Source: a virus (taxonomy: Duplodnaviria; Caudoviricetes). Taken from it: a DNA stretch of 64,000 nucleotides. Positions 38,086 through 49,800 of this stretch are shown piece after piece (position 1 is the stretch's first letter; every line of letters starts with the position of its first letter). The position numbers and the translations under genes were made by a program. Below the pieces are notes generated by a model. The model saw only the letters and a list, made by a program, of their open reading frames with translations. It was not told where the DNA came from and did not search any database. The stretch lies in IMG/VR virus record IMGVR_UViG_3300021387_000688; one strand, written 5' to 3'.

Positions 38086-38253
38086 ATGAAAAGTTGTTTG
38101 AATTGTAAGTTTAGGATTTGGATGGCTAAATCGGAAAAACCAACTTGTTGTTTTAAGTTAGAAGTACATGATAAAAAAGATATGAGTGATTGTACTTTAA
38201 TGATAGAAACAGATAGACCTCCAATGGAAGATCCTAATAAGAAAAAAGAGTAA
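38086..38253 (+). CDS. Small Cys-rich (CxxC...C...C) protein, 55 aa
   Basis: MKSCLNCKFRIWMAKSEKPTCCFKLEVHDKKDMSDC...; GAGGA SD; not in the ORF track. Confidence 0.65.
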   Translation: MKSCLNCKFRIWMAKSEKPTCCFKLEVHDKKDMSDCTLMIETDRPPMEDPNKKKE

Positions 38254-38256
38254 AAT

Positions 38257-38283
38257 AAAAGCCTCTCGAAAGAGAGGCTTTTT
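38257..38283. terminator. Bidirectional terminator with the same core as 17290-17314
   Basis: AAAAGCCTCTCGAAAGAGAGGCTTT. Confidence 0.9.
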
Positions 38284-38305
38284 CTATGGCTAAAATATTT
38301 TTAGA

Positions 38306-39022
38306 TTACTCTTTAGATTCTTTTTTATCCTCCTCAATCTTTTCTTCTTTCTTAGCAGAAGACTTAAAAGAAATCTTTGTTGAAGGTTTATCGGTCTTGC
38401 CGATTGAAATCCAAAGACAACCATTTTTGAACCAATGCTTCAAAGTATGGATGTCGTATTTTTTAGGATCAATAAAGACGTTCTTGTAGTATTCACCACT
38501 TACATCTTTCATTCCTTTTACGAATACGGCCCTTTTCATTTCTTCTTCTGTTTCTTCTTTTGGATCAATGTGAACAAAGAGGTAGTCGTCATCAAAATCA
38601 ATTGATACACGGCTTTCATCTACATCGGTCAATCCAAACTTAAGAAGCATACTTCCGTCTTCTCCACCCATCATGTCCATCCAAGGGAATTCAGTACCTG
38701 ATACCAATTCAGCAGGAAGTTTGTTGTTACAACCTTCTGGAAGGAATAAGTTTGGCCTTACATTAAGAGCAGGTGCATTCTTCAACTGAATCATTACCTT
38801 TTCAGGAATGTCAGATTCCTTTACCTGCTTTCCATTGTGATAAAGACTAGTCTTGTCGCCTTTCTTAATCACTGTGTAAGTGTCGCCGTTGTTGGAGATT
38901 GTTTTCTTTTGATAAGAATAATTCTCTGCGGAAGGAATTGTGAATATTTCCTCGAATGGGAAACCGAAAAGATTGAAAATAGTATCATCAAAGATACTTG
39001 AAATAGATCTGAAACCACCCAT
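38306..39022 (-). CDS. Small heat-shock protein (Hsp20/alpha-crystallin domain)
   Basis: FP.MD......LLKFGL..VD...VSIDFDDDYL.V ... FKNGCLWISI.K; AGGAGG SD; TTTACA-17-TATATT promoter. Confidence 0.8.
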   Translation of the reverse strand: MGGFRSISSIFDDTIFNLFGFPFEEIFTIPSAENYSYQKKTISNNGDTYTVIKKGDKTSLYHNGKQVKESDIPEKVMIQLKNAPALNVRPNLFLPEGCNNKLPAELVSGTEFPWMDMMGGEDGSMLLKFGLTDVDESRVSIDFDDDYLFVHIDPKEETEEEMKRAVFVKGMKDVSGEYYKNVFIDPKKYDIHTLKHWFKNGCLWISIGKTDKPSTKISFKSSAKKEEKIEEDKKESKE

Positions 39023-39169
39023 AGTGCGTTTCCTCCTTAAAAATGTAATTTTTATCAGATTGAAATAATTTTCAGTACCTCCACGGTGAGCGTACTTAAT
39101 TTTTTATTTCTTTCTAATAATTAATATAGTTAGTGGTATTCCCTTTGTAAATCTACACTAACTAATAAC

Positions 39170-40378
39170 ATGACAGATTATAAAGGATATATTCAAGAGT
39201 GTTTTGATAATAATGATAATGATGAACTTATTCTAAGTTGGTCTTTTTTAGGTGAACAAAAAGCTGATGCCAATACTAGAATGTATAAAAGTGGAAACGT
39301 TTATCTTATAAACGAAGCTACTTCTAAGTTCAATAATTGTTTGTTCTATTGCGAGGCTGACCATATAGGTAAAATAGATTGGGCTAAAGTTAAGAATTTA
39401 GATGAAGTAAATCAAACAACTATTGTAAATGGTATTACTTCTTCTTGTTTTACTTTCTTCCCAAATCCAGTAGATTTAACAAATCTTGAAATGTTGTTGA
39501 ACGAAGCAGAAACTACTGGATATACTCCTTTTAGTAAATACGATGCAGACGTATCTAAGAATATCATAATTGATCAAGATACTTATATGCAAATAATGCA
39601 AGTTGTAGGTATGCCTTTTGTAAAGCAAAGAGAAATAGAATACAACAAACAGGCCATTTTGAAACTTGCAGTTGAACCAGCCCTTCGAATGTACTATACA
39701 TATTTTCCTCTCATACAGGAACAAGTTATTCCTTCAAGAGCAGGAGGAGATTTTAGGATTAAATATCCAGAGAAGCCTTACCCAGCTTATAAAGCAATTG
39801 CTTGGGTAACAAGTCCTGGTGTTGCTCGAGGGGCCCTTAATGGCTTGAGTCCTTTATCTGCTTTAGGTACAGAAGTATCTTTGTTTACAAGATCTGCATC
39901 TGGAAGTAGATTCTCTCAAGGTTTGCATTATAATAAACCTGTTCCAGGATTTACCGGAGAAGCAAATGGAAACTCTGCTTACTCTAACATGGCCACTGTT
40001 ATACCTCTTTCTAACACTCTCAAGAATATGATGCGTAGAGAGAAGTTATCTAAAATACATGTACCTGGCGAAGGATTGTATGCAGTTGGTTATTCTACTC
40101 TAACAGGTTATCTCAATATTAAATGGCTTTGTTGGTCTAGAGATTTTAATGATGTAGAATTTGAAGATTGGCCACAAGTTATTCAACTTTGTCAATCTCA
40201 TGTTAAAAAATCTATAGGTTCTATTCGTGCATTATTGAGAGCTGATAGTAACTTACCTTTCGACGCAGAATCTATGAGAAAGGAAGGCATTGCAGAAATA
40301 GAAGCTAAAGATAAAGAATGGGCTGCAAGTCCAATGAACAAGATACATGCAATTGAGCGTGGAGGAATGGCATTCTAA
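39170..40378 (+). CDS. Neck/head-tail adaptor protein (T4 gp13-like)
   Basis: VGMPFV...EIE...Q.I...AVE.AL.MYY.YFP and C-terminal K.SIG....D....EG..EIE..DKEW. Confidence 0.6.
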   Translation: MTDYKGYIQECFDNNDNDELILSWSFLGEQKADANTRMYKSGNVYLINEATSKFNNCLFYCEADHIGKIDWAKVKNLDEVNQTTIVNGITSSCFTFFPNPVDLTNLEMLLNEAETTGYTPFSKYDADVSKNIIIDQDTYMQIMQVVGMPFVKQREIEYNKQAILKLAVEPALRMYYTYFPLIQEQVIPSRAGGDFRIKYPEKPYPAYKAIAWVTSPGVARGALNGLSPLSALGTEVSLFTRSASGSRFSQGLHYNKPVPGFTGEANGNSAYSNMATVIPLSNTLKNMMRREKLSKIHVPGEGLYAVGYSTLTGYLNIKWLCWSRDFNDVEFEDWPQVIQLCQSHVKKSIGSIRALLRADSNLPFDAESMRKEGIAEIEAKDKEWAASPMNKIHAIERGGMAF

Positions 40379-41127
40379 TGGCAGAAGAGAAAAAAGTAAA
40401 TATAGATTACAATACTATACAAGCCAGGGTGCAATTTTTATACAAACAACTTTGGTTCAATCCTGATGCCTATTTTCCTACCGCTTTTGGGTATGCAAAT
40501 GATGCGCAAGATATAGACGCAATGATTAGAATATTTGACAAGGCTGTAGATGAAAAGGGAGAGTTCGTAACAAATAAAAGTATTAATGATTGGGCAAATG
40601 AAGAAAGCCCTTTAGTAGATGGATTGACTTCTTACAACTTGGCTGTTATAACTAAAGTAGATGGATTAAAAATTCCAGATACCCCTCTCAAAAGATCTAA
40701 CGGTAGACTAATAGCAGAACAGCTTAAAGAAAATAAATCTGAATCGTTAAAAATAAGTTTCTTATTACAAGATGGTGCAGGTGCAATTACTTTTAACAAA
40801 ACCTGGCAAGACAAGTGGTACATGTACAATAGTAAAAGTAGAAGATTAAAAGCTATGCCTGCAGGGGAAAGTGCGGCTATGCCAGAAGGTTATTTAGGAA
40901 TGGACTATATTCATATTTTACCAGACGGTGCCACTGAAAGAATAGGTCATTTATTTATATCAGGATTGATACCTACTAAAATAGAAATGGGAAGATCAGG
41001 ATTGTCTTTAGGCCCAGGTGGAGATAAAAATAATAATGTACCTACTGCAACTGTAACTTATGTTTACTCTCAAGCTATGTTAGTATTGAAAAACGGATCT
41101 GGTTCTGAAATTATTTATTTCGAGTAA
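40378..41127 (+). CDS. Tail tube-like initiator protein (gp54-like)
   Basis: Tube-fold pattern (I.K..W.D.W; GLIPTKI; ATVTYVYS); TAATG coupling to the neck gene. Confidence 0.45.
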   Translation: MAEEKKVNIDYNTIQARVQFLYKQLWFNPDAYFPTAFGYANDAQDIDAMIRIFDKAVDEKGEFVTNKSINDWANEESPLVDGLTSYNLAVITKVDGLKIPDTPLKRSNGRLIAEQLKENKSESLKISFLLQDGAGAITFNKTWQDKWYMYNSKSRRLKAMPAGESAAMPEGYLGMDYIHILPDGATERIGHLFISGLIPTKIEMGRSGLSLGPGGDKNNNVPTATVTYVYSQAMLVLKNGSGSEIIYFE

Positions 41128-41505
41128 TTAACAACAAGGCCTTTTTCTTTTTCCATTATCTTCATAATCGTAAGATTCTAAACTATACAAAACTAATGCA
41201 GCTCCTGAACCTTCAGTTTCTATCTGGGCGTCAGTAACCCAATGAGACCTGCCTGTACAATCTACAAATCTTATATGGAAAGGTCCTTCTGTAATTCGAG
41301 GAATCCTTTTAATTAAATCATTAGTCTGAATGCAATTCTCTGAATGAACTGTATCGAATTCACCCATAACATTCTTTGAACGGAGTTTATTCAAAACTGT
41401 ATAATTTACAGGAAGATAAGGTTTATATATTTTTCTACAAATAAGAATTGTAACTAATACTCCAATTGTTAAACTTACGATACCTATGGCTATGTTCAAA
41501 TACAT
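41128..41505 (-). CDS. N-terminally membrane-anchored hypothetical protein
   Basis: Hydrophobic residues 3-22; GAGGT SD; GAAA-N20-TATATT promoter. Confidence 0.7.
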   Translation of the reverse strand: MYLNIAIGIVSLTIGVLVTILICRKIYKPYLPVNYTVLNKLRSKNVMGEFDTVHSENCIQTNDLIKRIPRITEGPFHIRFVDCTGRSHWVTDAQIETEGSGAALVLYSLESYDYEDNGKRKRPCC

Positions 41506-41559
41506 ATTGTTACCTCAATAACAATATAGTAAATCCCGGAAAATCATTTTTCGAAAAAG

Positions 41560-41586
41560 AAAACCTCCTATTGCTAGGAGGTTTTT
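41560..41586 (-). terminator. Terminator after the sheath gene
   Basis: AAAACCTCCTA-TTGC-TAGGAGGTTTT. Confidence 0.9.
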
Positions 41587-41607
41587 ATCATTCTCAATTA
41601 AACAATA

Positions 41608-44295
41608 CTATTCACTAACAGTTGTAATCTGGCTCAAGTTTGTAAAGGTTAACTTAACCTTTTCTGAGAATGGGAATACACGAACATCAACACTAATACA
41701 GAAGATTCTCTGTGCTCTAGTGTAGTCGTTGTTAACTTTCTTGATGTTACATTCTGTGAATGCCCAAGCTGGATCTGCTCCACTTGTTCTCTTACGAAGA
41801 ATATCATCAACCTGACCCTGACGTTTATCCATCCAGTAATCGTTAATCTTCTTACCGATTTGTGGCTTCATAACATTGTCACGAATTTCACGTTTACACA
41901 AGTCGAATGCCATTGAGTGACCTAATGAGCTCCAGTCACCTGCATGTAATTCAGTTGTTTTCTGGGATGTAATCATTACACCGTCATCTGAATCGTAGAT
42001 GATTGGGTTAAGTCCCTTATCGTCTAAAGTCTTTGTATCAAGATCTTCAAAGTCCCAACGTGCCTTAATAGGTACACGATCCTGGAAGATTTCTCCAATC
42101 TGTCCACCCATTTCATTGTCGTTCTCCCACATAGGAGCAACAGCACCGTAAGCTCTTTCAATGATACGTAACAACATTGTTGCTACCGCACCCATTGGGC
42201 TAGCCCAGTATTTCTTACGAAGGTTTCTATCTTTGAACTGCAATTCCTGTACATACTGTGCAGATCCTCTTAAAGGATTTGTTACACGTACTTTGTTGAT
42301 ATTTGCAAAGATGTCTTCTGTAATATTCTTTGGAGAAATGATAGTAGCCATCTTGTGGTTGATACGAATGTTTGTAAAGTACTGTTTGATAGAATCAATA
42401 CCAGAACATTCAAAGAAGATGATTGCGTCTTCATACTTTGGTTTTGCAGCTTCTACCAAACCAAGTTTAAGACATCTTGCATACTTCTTAGCGATATCTA
42501 TGTTAGATACATCTCCACCTGTTCTACCAGCTTTGATATTCTCCTGTACAATTGCGTCTATAAATCTCTGACCCTGAACTTCACGAGCTACAGTTTCATC
42601 ACCTTCACCAAATCTTGTTCCAGTGTAAACACCCTTATCATCCAAATCGTCATCGAATTTTCTAACAACTCTGATTTCTGCGAAACATACAGATTCACCA
42701 GGAACTAACAATTCTTCCCAGTAGTTGTCACCGCCGTTTTCATCTGTACCATATTCATCAAGAGAACCTGTTAAGTCTCCAGATACGTGAGTTTCACCTT
42801 CTTTATCTACTTCAGTAGCCCATGAATGGAATGTATTGAAGTATGTATTTTCAAGAAGTTTATAATCATCGTTTGTAGCATCTACAGTCATTTCAACTGG
42901 ACCGGTCTCTTCAATAAAGTAGATACTGTGGTGTACTGCTTTCTCATCTTCTGATCTAGCTTCCAATGGAAGTAAACATTCCCAAGCCAAAATCTTCTTT
43001 GTTTCGAAAGAGTCATTAACCTTTGTCCATTTTCCTTCACCTGTTTCTTCATCAATTACAAATTGATAAACACCAGAGTTAGATGGGTCCAATTTATTAA
43101 CTACCAATACAGAGAAGTCGTACTGGCTTAATGCTTTAAATGCAGGTGTTCCAGAAGCTGGCAACAATGAAGCATCTACGATGTAAGGCAACTTCAAATC
43201 ATATACATATTTATCGAATACAACATTGTTGAAGTTCAAAACTGTCTTATCAGCTGTTGGAGAAGTCTGTACGCTATAAGCGAATACATCTTCCTTGTTG
43301 TTGTATACGAAATGGAAGTATTCTTTCAATGGTTTTGTATAAGAGATATCTACTTGTTCAGTTCCGATATCATCAGCTACTCCACCTTCAAGAATTGCGT
43401 TCAAAATCAATTCTGAATATTTTTTACCATCATCGCTAGCAACCCAAGCTTCAAATGTAGTATCTGCAGAAGCATTATACCTACTGTAATCATAGATAGA
43501 ACCTTTACCCTTTTCCATTGAAGCTAAGTCAATGAAAGGAATACCATAGGTTGTCTGGTTTGCGTATGTATTTGTAGGAGCGTCTACTCCGTGATCTCCA
43601 TCATTTCCACCTAAGTAGATTGTATAGGTGTTATTTTCTTCCAATACGAAGTGTCCACAAACAATTGTCTGTGCTACTGCATCAGTAAGTTCTGCAGGAT
43701 AGATTAAGCCTGTTGCTTTGTCCAACTTGTAACGGAATGTAGATGTTCCTGCCCAGAAGTCAAAGTCAATGTAGTTGATCTTCTTAAATACAGAAGCCAA
43801 GATGTTAGAAATCTTAATTGTAGCTTGCTTAGCAGCTTCACCGTTTACTGCATTAGCTGGCTGGTTGAGAGCCTCTACTTCAAATACAGCGTTCTTAGAA
43901 GCACCTACAACTGCTTCTTGTCCTGGTACAATACCTACTTCGAAGTTAGGTTTATTCTTATCTGAAAGACGATAGAAATTCTGTAAACCTTTTCTTGTTA
44001 AATAAACACCACCATAATAGTTAGGGTATTTAGAATCAACTGCTGAAGGTGCAGAAATGTATACACCGTACTCTCTATTAAATTCAATTACATCATACAA
44101 GTCTGGATAGTCTGCAGATGCAAATCCGAACATAGACTGAATCCAATCTTTATTGTTAGGAGGAACGTAAGTAGCTTCTGTGTTACCTTTTGGTGCACGA
44201 ATAGAAGCAAATCCGATCCATCTTGTGTCGTTCTCTTCAATATCAATTGACTTGTTGACATCAACGAACTCAAATCTCCATGAACTCTTTGCCAT
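41608..44295 (-). CDS. gp18: Contractile tail sheath protein (gp18-like)
   Basis: C-terminal AVAPMW, LDDKGLNPI, SQKT, CN....N.......F...VDVR.FPFSEKVKLTF; biased codons; AGGAG SD. Confidence 0.85.
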   Translation of the reverse strand: MAKSSWRFEFVDVNKSIDIEENDTRWIGFASIRAPKGNTEATYVPPNNKDWIQSMFGFASADYPDLYDVIEFNREYGVYISAPSAVDSKYPNYYGGVYLTRKGLQNFYRLSDKNKPNFEVGIVPGQEAVVGASKNAVFEVEALNQPANAVNGEAAKQATIKISNILASVFKKINYIDFDFWAGTSTFRYKLDKATGLIYPAELTDAVAQTIVCGHFVLEENNTYTIYLGGNDGDHGVDAPTNTYANQTTYGIPFIDLASMEKGKGSIYDYSRYNASADTTFEAWVASDDGKKYSELILNAILEGGVADDIGTEQVDISYTKPLKEYFHFVYNNKEDVFAYSVQTSPTADKTVLNFNNVVFDKYVYDLKLPYIVDASLLPASGTPAFKALSQYDFSVLVVNKLDPSNSGVYQFVIDEETGEGKWTKVNDSFETKKILAWECLLPLEARSEDEKAVHHSIYFIEETGPVEMTVDATNDDYKLLENTYFNTFHSWATEVDKEGETHVSGDLTGSLDEYGTDENGGDNYWEELLVPGESVCFAEIRVVRKFDDDLDDKGVYTGTRFGEGDETVAREVQGQRFIDAIVQENIKAGRTGGDVSNIDIAKKYARCLKLGLVEAAKPKYEDAIIFFECSGIDSIKQYFTNIRINHKMATIISPKNITEDIFANINKVRVTNPLRGSAQYVQELQFKDRNLRKKYWASPMGAVATMLLRIIERAYGAVAPMWENDNEMGGQIGEIFQDRVPIKARWDFEDLDTKTLDDKGLNPIIYDSDDGVMITSQKTTELHAGDWSSLGHSMAFDLCKREIRDNVMKPQIGKKINDYWMDKRQGQVDDILRKRTSGADPAWAFTECNIKKVNNDYTRAQRIFCISVDVRVFPFSEKVKLTFTNLSQITTVSE

Positions 44296-44400
44296 ATTGT
44301 TTTATCTCCTTTTAAGTTTTTAGCAATATCACTTTTAAGGGTAATATTTTACAAAATAATTAGTATAAAAAAATGCACTTGAAACTAAATAATCTTAATT

Positions 44401-45693
44401 ATGATAGACGTAAGGGCATTAGATTTAGATAATTTCATAGAAGCAAATGGGGCGAAAGATGTAGTTACTCCAATGGGATTTTTTATTAAATCTTCTATAA
44501 GAGAAGCTATGCCAGTAGCGGGTTATTATTATACTTCAGGTTATGTTACCCCAGACATGTTATTATTAAATGTAGGATCTGCTGTAGGGCTTAAATACTC
44601 TTTAGATCCTGCAAATACGAAATGGAAAAACAGAAATTGGAATGATTTCCCTTCTATGCTTTTTAAGAATGCTAAATGTCATGGCGGTGTTAAAGGAATG
44701 GATTGGACTCTCAATTTTATTAATAAATTGTCCTTTTTCCAAAACTCAGATATACGAGAAGCATATACGGATAGGTTTGGAAATGATGTGATAAACGCGG
44801 TTATTAAATCTAATTCTTATTTACAAACTTTACAAACTAACATCCAAAAAACAGATAACTTTAATTCATTGTTTAGGTCTTTGGGAGAAAATGATATTGA
44901 ATTTATAAACGAAACGGTTTCTCCAAACTTTAGTATTGCTTATGGTAAACCTTTATTCTTTATAGGATTGGATGGTAAAATAAATTACACTTCTATCAAC
45001 AGAATACTTAACGATAGTTATATGCCCAAGCTTCAACTCTCTTTAGGGGAGATACATGATAAAGTTTCTAAAGCATTTACTAAATCAAAAGTTGAAAGTT
45101 TAATGGGTAGTGATAAATATTCTAGGTGTTCTACAAATAATTACGATATAGATTTAGGAGGGGAAGATGGTTGGAAACATATTAAACCTGTAATGTATTA
45201 CAGCCGATTTGACTTACCAAACTCTGTGGCATCTACTGAAATATCTTACCAACCGGTTACCGATAAAGAAACTTTCTATCCTTTAGACAACATGGTATTT
45301 ACCCAAATAAAAAGTACTGAAAGTGGAAGTATTTTTAATAAGGCAAACTCTACTGTATTATATGAAGCTAAAAATATGTTTGAAAGTTCAGAAGATTTTG
45401 TTAGAATAAGGGCCGAAGTTAAAGACTTAACAGAAATAAATGAATTGGTATTGGCCGGAGATAAAGTAGTTATAACTACCCCATATCCTTACTCTGTATA
45501 TAATGGAATTTATGCAATTGAAGATATTACTTACGTAAGTAAATCTAATTTAACTTCTATGATTATTACTTGTATTAGACCTAATATTGATTTAAGCTGG
45601 TCCGATACTTTAGGAGATTTGAAAGATTCAGAAGAATTCCAATTCAAATATGCTCCTACACCTAATCGTAGTTTATTCTACAGTGCGACTTAA
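44401..45693 (+). CDS. Baseplate hub protein (gp27/late control D-like)
   Basis: ENDIEFI, FF...DG.INY.SI, LAGDKV.I.....S.YNG.Y.IEDI.Y. Confidence 0.55.
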   Translation: MIDVRALDLDNFIEANGAKDVVTPMGFFIKSSIREAMPVAGYYYTSGYVTPDMLLLNVGSAVGLKYSLDPANTKWKNRNWNDFPSMLFKNAKCHGGVKGMDWTLNFINKLSFFQNSDIREAYTDRFGNDVINAVIKSNSYLQTLQTNIQKTDNFNSLFRSLGENDIEFINETVSPNFSIAYGKPLFFIGLDGKINYTSINRILNDSYMPKLQLSLGEIHDKVSKAFTKSKVESLMGSDKYSRCSTNNYDIDLGGEDGWKHIKPVMYYSRFDLPNSVASTEISYQPVTDKETFYPLDNMVFTQIKSTESGSIFNKANSTVLYEAKNMFESSEDFVRIRAEVKDLTEINELVLAGDKVVITTPYPYSVYNGIYAIEDITYVSKSNLTSMIITCIRPNIDLSWSDTLGDLKDSEEFQFKYAPTPNRSLFYSAT

Positions 45694-45741
45694 TTGGAAA
45701 CCAATACTATAATAATATATTGATTAAAGGAGAAATAATAA

Positions 45742-46203
45742 ATGGCTGAAGAAAAAGCAACTGAATTTCAGTTACCAGTTTTGACTCAGGAAGAGATTGA
45801 GGCAAATAAGAAAGTCGCTGAAGAAAATGAAAAAATTCTTACTCCTCCAAAGGGTAAGGTATTTATAGGAATGAGAGCTTTCTGTCCTAAACATGGGGAT
45901 ATTACACAGGCTTCAAAAGTTATCAAACATAAGAAGTACGTAAAGGGGCCAGATGGTAAAGTTATTCCATTCTTCACTTCTGATGTAATTTGTCTTGCTT
46001 GTATTTCAGATATGTGGAGAGATTACGTAAATAAAGAACTTAAATCTCCTATTCAGTGTTCTCCAGTATTCATTGATGAAGCGGAAGCTGAAAAGATGAA
46101 ACAGGAATTGCTTAAACAACAGGAAGCTGCAAATGCAGAAGCCCCTGAAGAAGCTAAACCTGAAGCTGAAGAAGAGGTAACTGTTGCCCCTGCAAAAGCT
46201 TAA
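45742..46203 (+). CDS. Zn-ribbon protein with acidic tail
   Basis: CPKHG...CLAC; AAGGAG SD. Confidence 0.65.
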   Translation: MAEEKATEFQLPVLTQEEIEANKKVAEENEKILTPPKGKVFIGMRAFCPKHGDITQASKVIKHKKYVKGPDGKVIPFFTSDVICLACISDMWRDYVNKELKSPIQCSPVFIDEAEAEKMKQELLKQQEAANAEAPEEAKPEAEEEVTVAPAKA

Positions 46204-46226
46204 TTTTAATTTTTAAGCAAAATAAT

Positions 46227-46252
46227 AGCCTCTCTTTAAGAGAGGCTTTTTT
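46227..46252. terminator. Terminator between convergent genes
   Basis: AGCCTCTCT-TTA-AGAGAGGCT followed by a T-run. Confidence 0.85.
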
Positions 46253-46257
46253 ATTGG

Positions 46258-46863
46258 TTAGTAACCTAATATTGCTCTTCGTTCTGCAGTAGCTTTTATT
46301 AATTTGTATAAAGGTTTGTCAAAATCAACCGGCCTTGTAGCTATAGCTATTACAAGTTTAAGAGTTAAAGGAGCATTGTTAGAAAAGTCACTTAATACTT
46401 CCAATACGTCAAATATCATGCAAGTACTTGCATTTGTATCCTTTTGAACAAATACCCTTACAATTCTATCATCTACGTCTATTTCAGAATCAATAGGAAC
46501 ATCTACTTGATATGTAGTTAAGTCTTTTTGTTCTTTACCTAAACCTTTATCTGCACCTTCTCCGTATGCAGAAACCAAAGCGTTTATCTTATAACCTTTT
46601 TCGAAAGTCTTTGTAACTTTTCTAACAGGTATATCTTTGAGGATAGGGAACTTCATATTAACAACTTTATGAGCCGTTACTTGATCTGTCATAGGGTCCC
46701 CATCTTCTGTCCTTGTTGTTTTAACTACTATCACATCTTCTGGGGTACCTTCCAATTTGATTGCATTGTCATGGAGCCTCTGTCTTTGAGACTCCAATGT
46801 TTTGTCCAACCTTCCTTGGTAGGTAACCATCCTAATATCGTTTACACAATTATCCCAATTCAT
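46258..46863 (-). CDS. Putative neck/head-closure protein (gp14-like)
   Basis: HDNAIKLEG..E.V.V... and I..DDRIV pattern; cotranscribed with late fibre genes. Confidence 0.35.
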   Translation of the reverse strand: MNWDNCVNDIRMVTYQGRLDKTLESQRQRLHDNAIKLEGTPEDVIVVKTTRTEDGDPMTDQVTAHKVVNMKFPILKDIPVRKVTKTFEKGYKINALVSAYGEGADKGLGKEQKDLTTYQVDVPIDSEIDVDDRIVRVFVQKDTNASTCMIFDVLEVLSDFSNNAPLTLKLVIAIATRPVDFDKPLYKLIKATAERRAILGY

Positions 46864-46873
46864 AGTTTAATCC

Positions 46874-49800
46874 TTAGTTAACAATAGATCCAGTTATATC
46901 ACTATCCTGTACATATATGTGTTGATATGCTTCAGATTGAACATAATCTTCTTTTAATCTTTCCCAAACATAGAAACTATCTGTTTTGAGTTTTTTAGTA
47001 GAAGTATTATCCTCTGTTTTAAATTTCATACTATCTGTACTACTATCATGACTGTTACTTACACCATCAGGCTCGCCATGATACCAGCGCGTGCTAGCAA
47101 GATAATAATCATCTTCCCAAGTTACATCCCCAGAACCTTGTCCTATAGCAGTTGGATAAGTGTTCTTAAAACTATATGTAAGATTTTCATCTGTAGGAGT
47201 TGTAGGGTCGCTTGGAGTACCTACTGCTAAGAAAGCTTTTTGCTTATGTAATTTCCAGGTCCCTCCAAATAAATAAGTTGGATTAATTTTCTTTACAGAA
47301 AGATATACATCTCCCTGAGGGTGTTCTCTTAAAGACATATAATACAATAATGGTCTATTTTCAGGAGTAGGAATATATTGCAAAGTATCTTCTACTGCAA
47401 GTCTATTTGCAGCAGATTCCCCTGGCAATTCGTTTGACTTAAACATATCGCTTAAGATATTGCTTAAGGTCTCATACATTATTTGTTCTGTTTGATTTTG
47501 ATACCCTTTACCCGTAAATTCAAGACCATCGGCTGGATTATTGTCTCCAGTTGATACAAAGCTATTCAATTCTTTGCCACTTGGTGCATGTTTACTCTTA
47601 ATGAAAATTACATTCTTTGTAAATTCCCCTTTTTCATCAAACTCTTCTTCGTTGAGGTTATTATAATAAACTACATAATATGTTTTATCTTCAGAAACGA
47701 TACCTGTATATCTACCTTCCTTTGTATAAACTTTAAGTTTACCCGATATTGTGTAATAGCCTACTTCTTCCGTAAGTGCAAAATTCCAAGTATTGTCTGC
47801 AACTTTTCCTACGTGATAAGAAGATTTAGATACATCATAGAGTTTAGCTATCTCTTCCCAAACAAATCTGTTATGCTTGCGTACACGGTCCTTGTCTTCA
47901 TTAGCTTCACTTTCAGAGTCACTTATATCAAGGTCGAAGATTCTTTGAAGTTGGATATCGTTCAACTTCTTAGATAACCCTTCGTTAGCTTTAATTGGAC
48001 TTGCTTTTTCAAATCTTAAATTGTTTGCAGCATCACCATCACCATCATTAAATCTTTCAAATGTACTTCCATCCATGAAAGATTCTTCTAATGCTTTAGT
48101 TGCCTTTGCATTAGCATCCAAGTAAGATTCAATTGTAGACAATCTTTCCATTACAGATTTCTGTTTACGAGAAACTACGAAGTCTACGTTAGAGGCCCTT
48201 TGAATTTCTGTAGATGCATTTTCTTTAGTCTGTTTAATTACACCACTAAAGAGTCCATCTTTCTCAATTACTTCCCTATCTGCATATTGAAGTTCTTTGA
48301 GATAAGCATCCCCAATAATGCTATTTTCTGCAATTCTTGTATCTTTGGCAAGATTCAATGTAGATGTGTTAAGCCACATGTTATCTGCTAATACTTTACT
48401 TCCTAAGTAAGCATATCTTAAACCTAACAAATCTGCTAACAAATCTGTTTTAGAAACGGCGTTTTTATAACTACCTAATTTTTCATTACCTGTTTCGTCT
48501 GTAACTAACTTGCAAGTCAATAATCTTACAACATTAGAGGATGCGGTTTCATCATTTATAAATGCGCCACCTGCATTCAAGTTACCTACGCTATGGTTAG
48601 CTACCAATCCTGTATTGTACTTGGTAACTTCTTTAATTACATATTCATTTGGAATAGAGTAATTAAATAATGCATTATCTACCCATTTCAATAAACTGAA
48701 ATGTTTAGTATCTGCAGTTGAGTCGTCTCCACTTAATCCGTATTCTGCATCACTTGGCATTAAGGTATTGTATATAGATTTATGTAAATCTTGTCTACCT
48801 ACTCCACCTTCTTGCTTGAAAGACTGTTTGAATGGATTTCTCAAATCATGTCCATTTACCTGATCCTTAATTACAGGTTCTACATCGAATAAACGGTTTG
48901 GATACAAATCATCAATCAAGTTTGTAATATTACGTCTTAATACTTCAGTTCTGTTTGGTAAACTAGCTTGTACATCATCTGCACCGTAAATTGTCTTAGT
49001 TACTTCAGACAACTTCTGGTTCATTCTTTCAATTTTTGCAGAGTCCCAAGCAACGGCTTTAGATACAAAGATTGGTTTGAATGTACCTGTCTTCGCATCA
49101 TAGCTTAACTTAAGTCTTGTATACTTTCTTCTACGTGTTTCATTTTCTTCTACATTTTCTGGAGTACCATCTTTAGTATTTGTAGGTATGGTAGTTTCTT
49201 CTCCTTCTACTTCTTCAGTTTCAGGTACTCTAACAATACCGCAATCTTCTTTATTAGGAGTATGTTTATCAGTACCTTCTGCAATCTGTCCAAATGGTAC
49301 AGTTCCCTTATTTGCAATGTCTTCTGGAGAAGAAAGATGTGCCCAAGCATGTCCTTCATCATAATCTGAAGTTTCTGCATGATTGTCATTCAATCCATCT
49401 AATAATTTTTCTTTTTCAACTGAAGTAGAATCTACATCTGGAGTGTCAGTTTCATTATCCTCAAATCTCTTTTCTACGGCCTCTCCATCTTTATTAACAA
49501 TTGGAGTATAAGTATGTTTACCTTCATCATTAGAAATGTTTTCTAAGTAGTATGAAGTTAATGCATGATGACGATTTGTTAAATCATTGATGATTTCGTC
49601 AACCCTATCCATTCTTGTTTTAACTGTAATTCTTGTTCCTAAAGTATCAGAGTCAGAAAGTAAAGATTGGGTTTCTGCGTCTACTTCTTCAAGGTCTGTA
49701 GTGTCGAACAACTCAAGACAAATTGCTCTCATCAATCTATTCAAACCGAGTAAAAGTGGACCAGCATTCAACTGTTCTTGTAACTCTTCTGCAATGTGAC

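Noticed and set aside
39023-39110. RNA thermometer in the Hsp20 leader
   Set aside because: A hairpin is present (AGTAC...GTACT) but it does not cover the AGGAGG SD, and no ROSE or fourU motif is seen.
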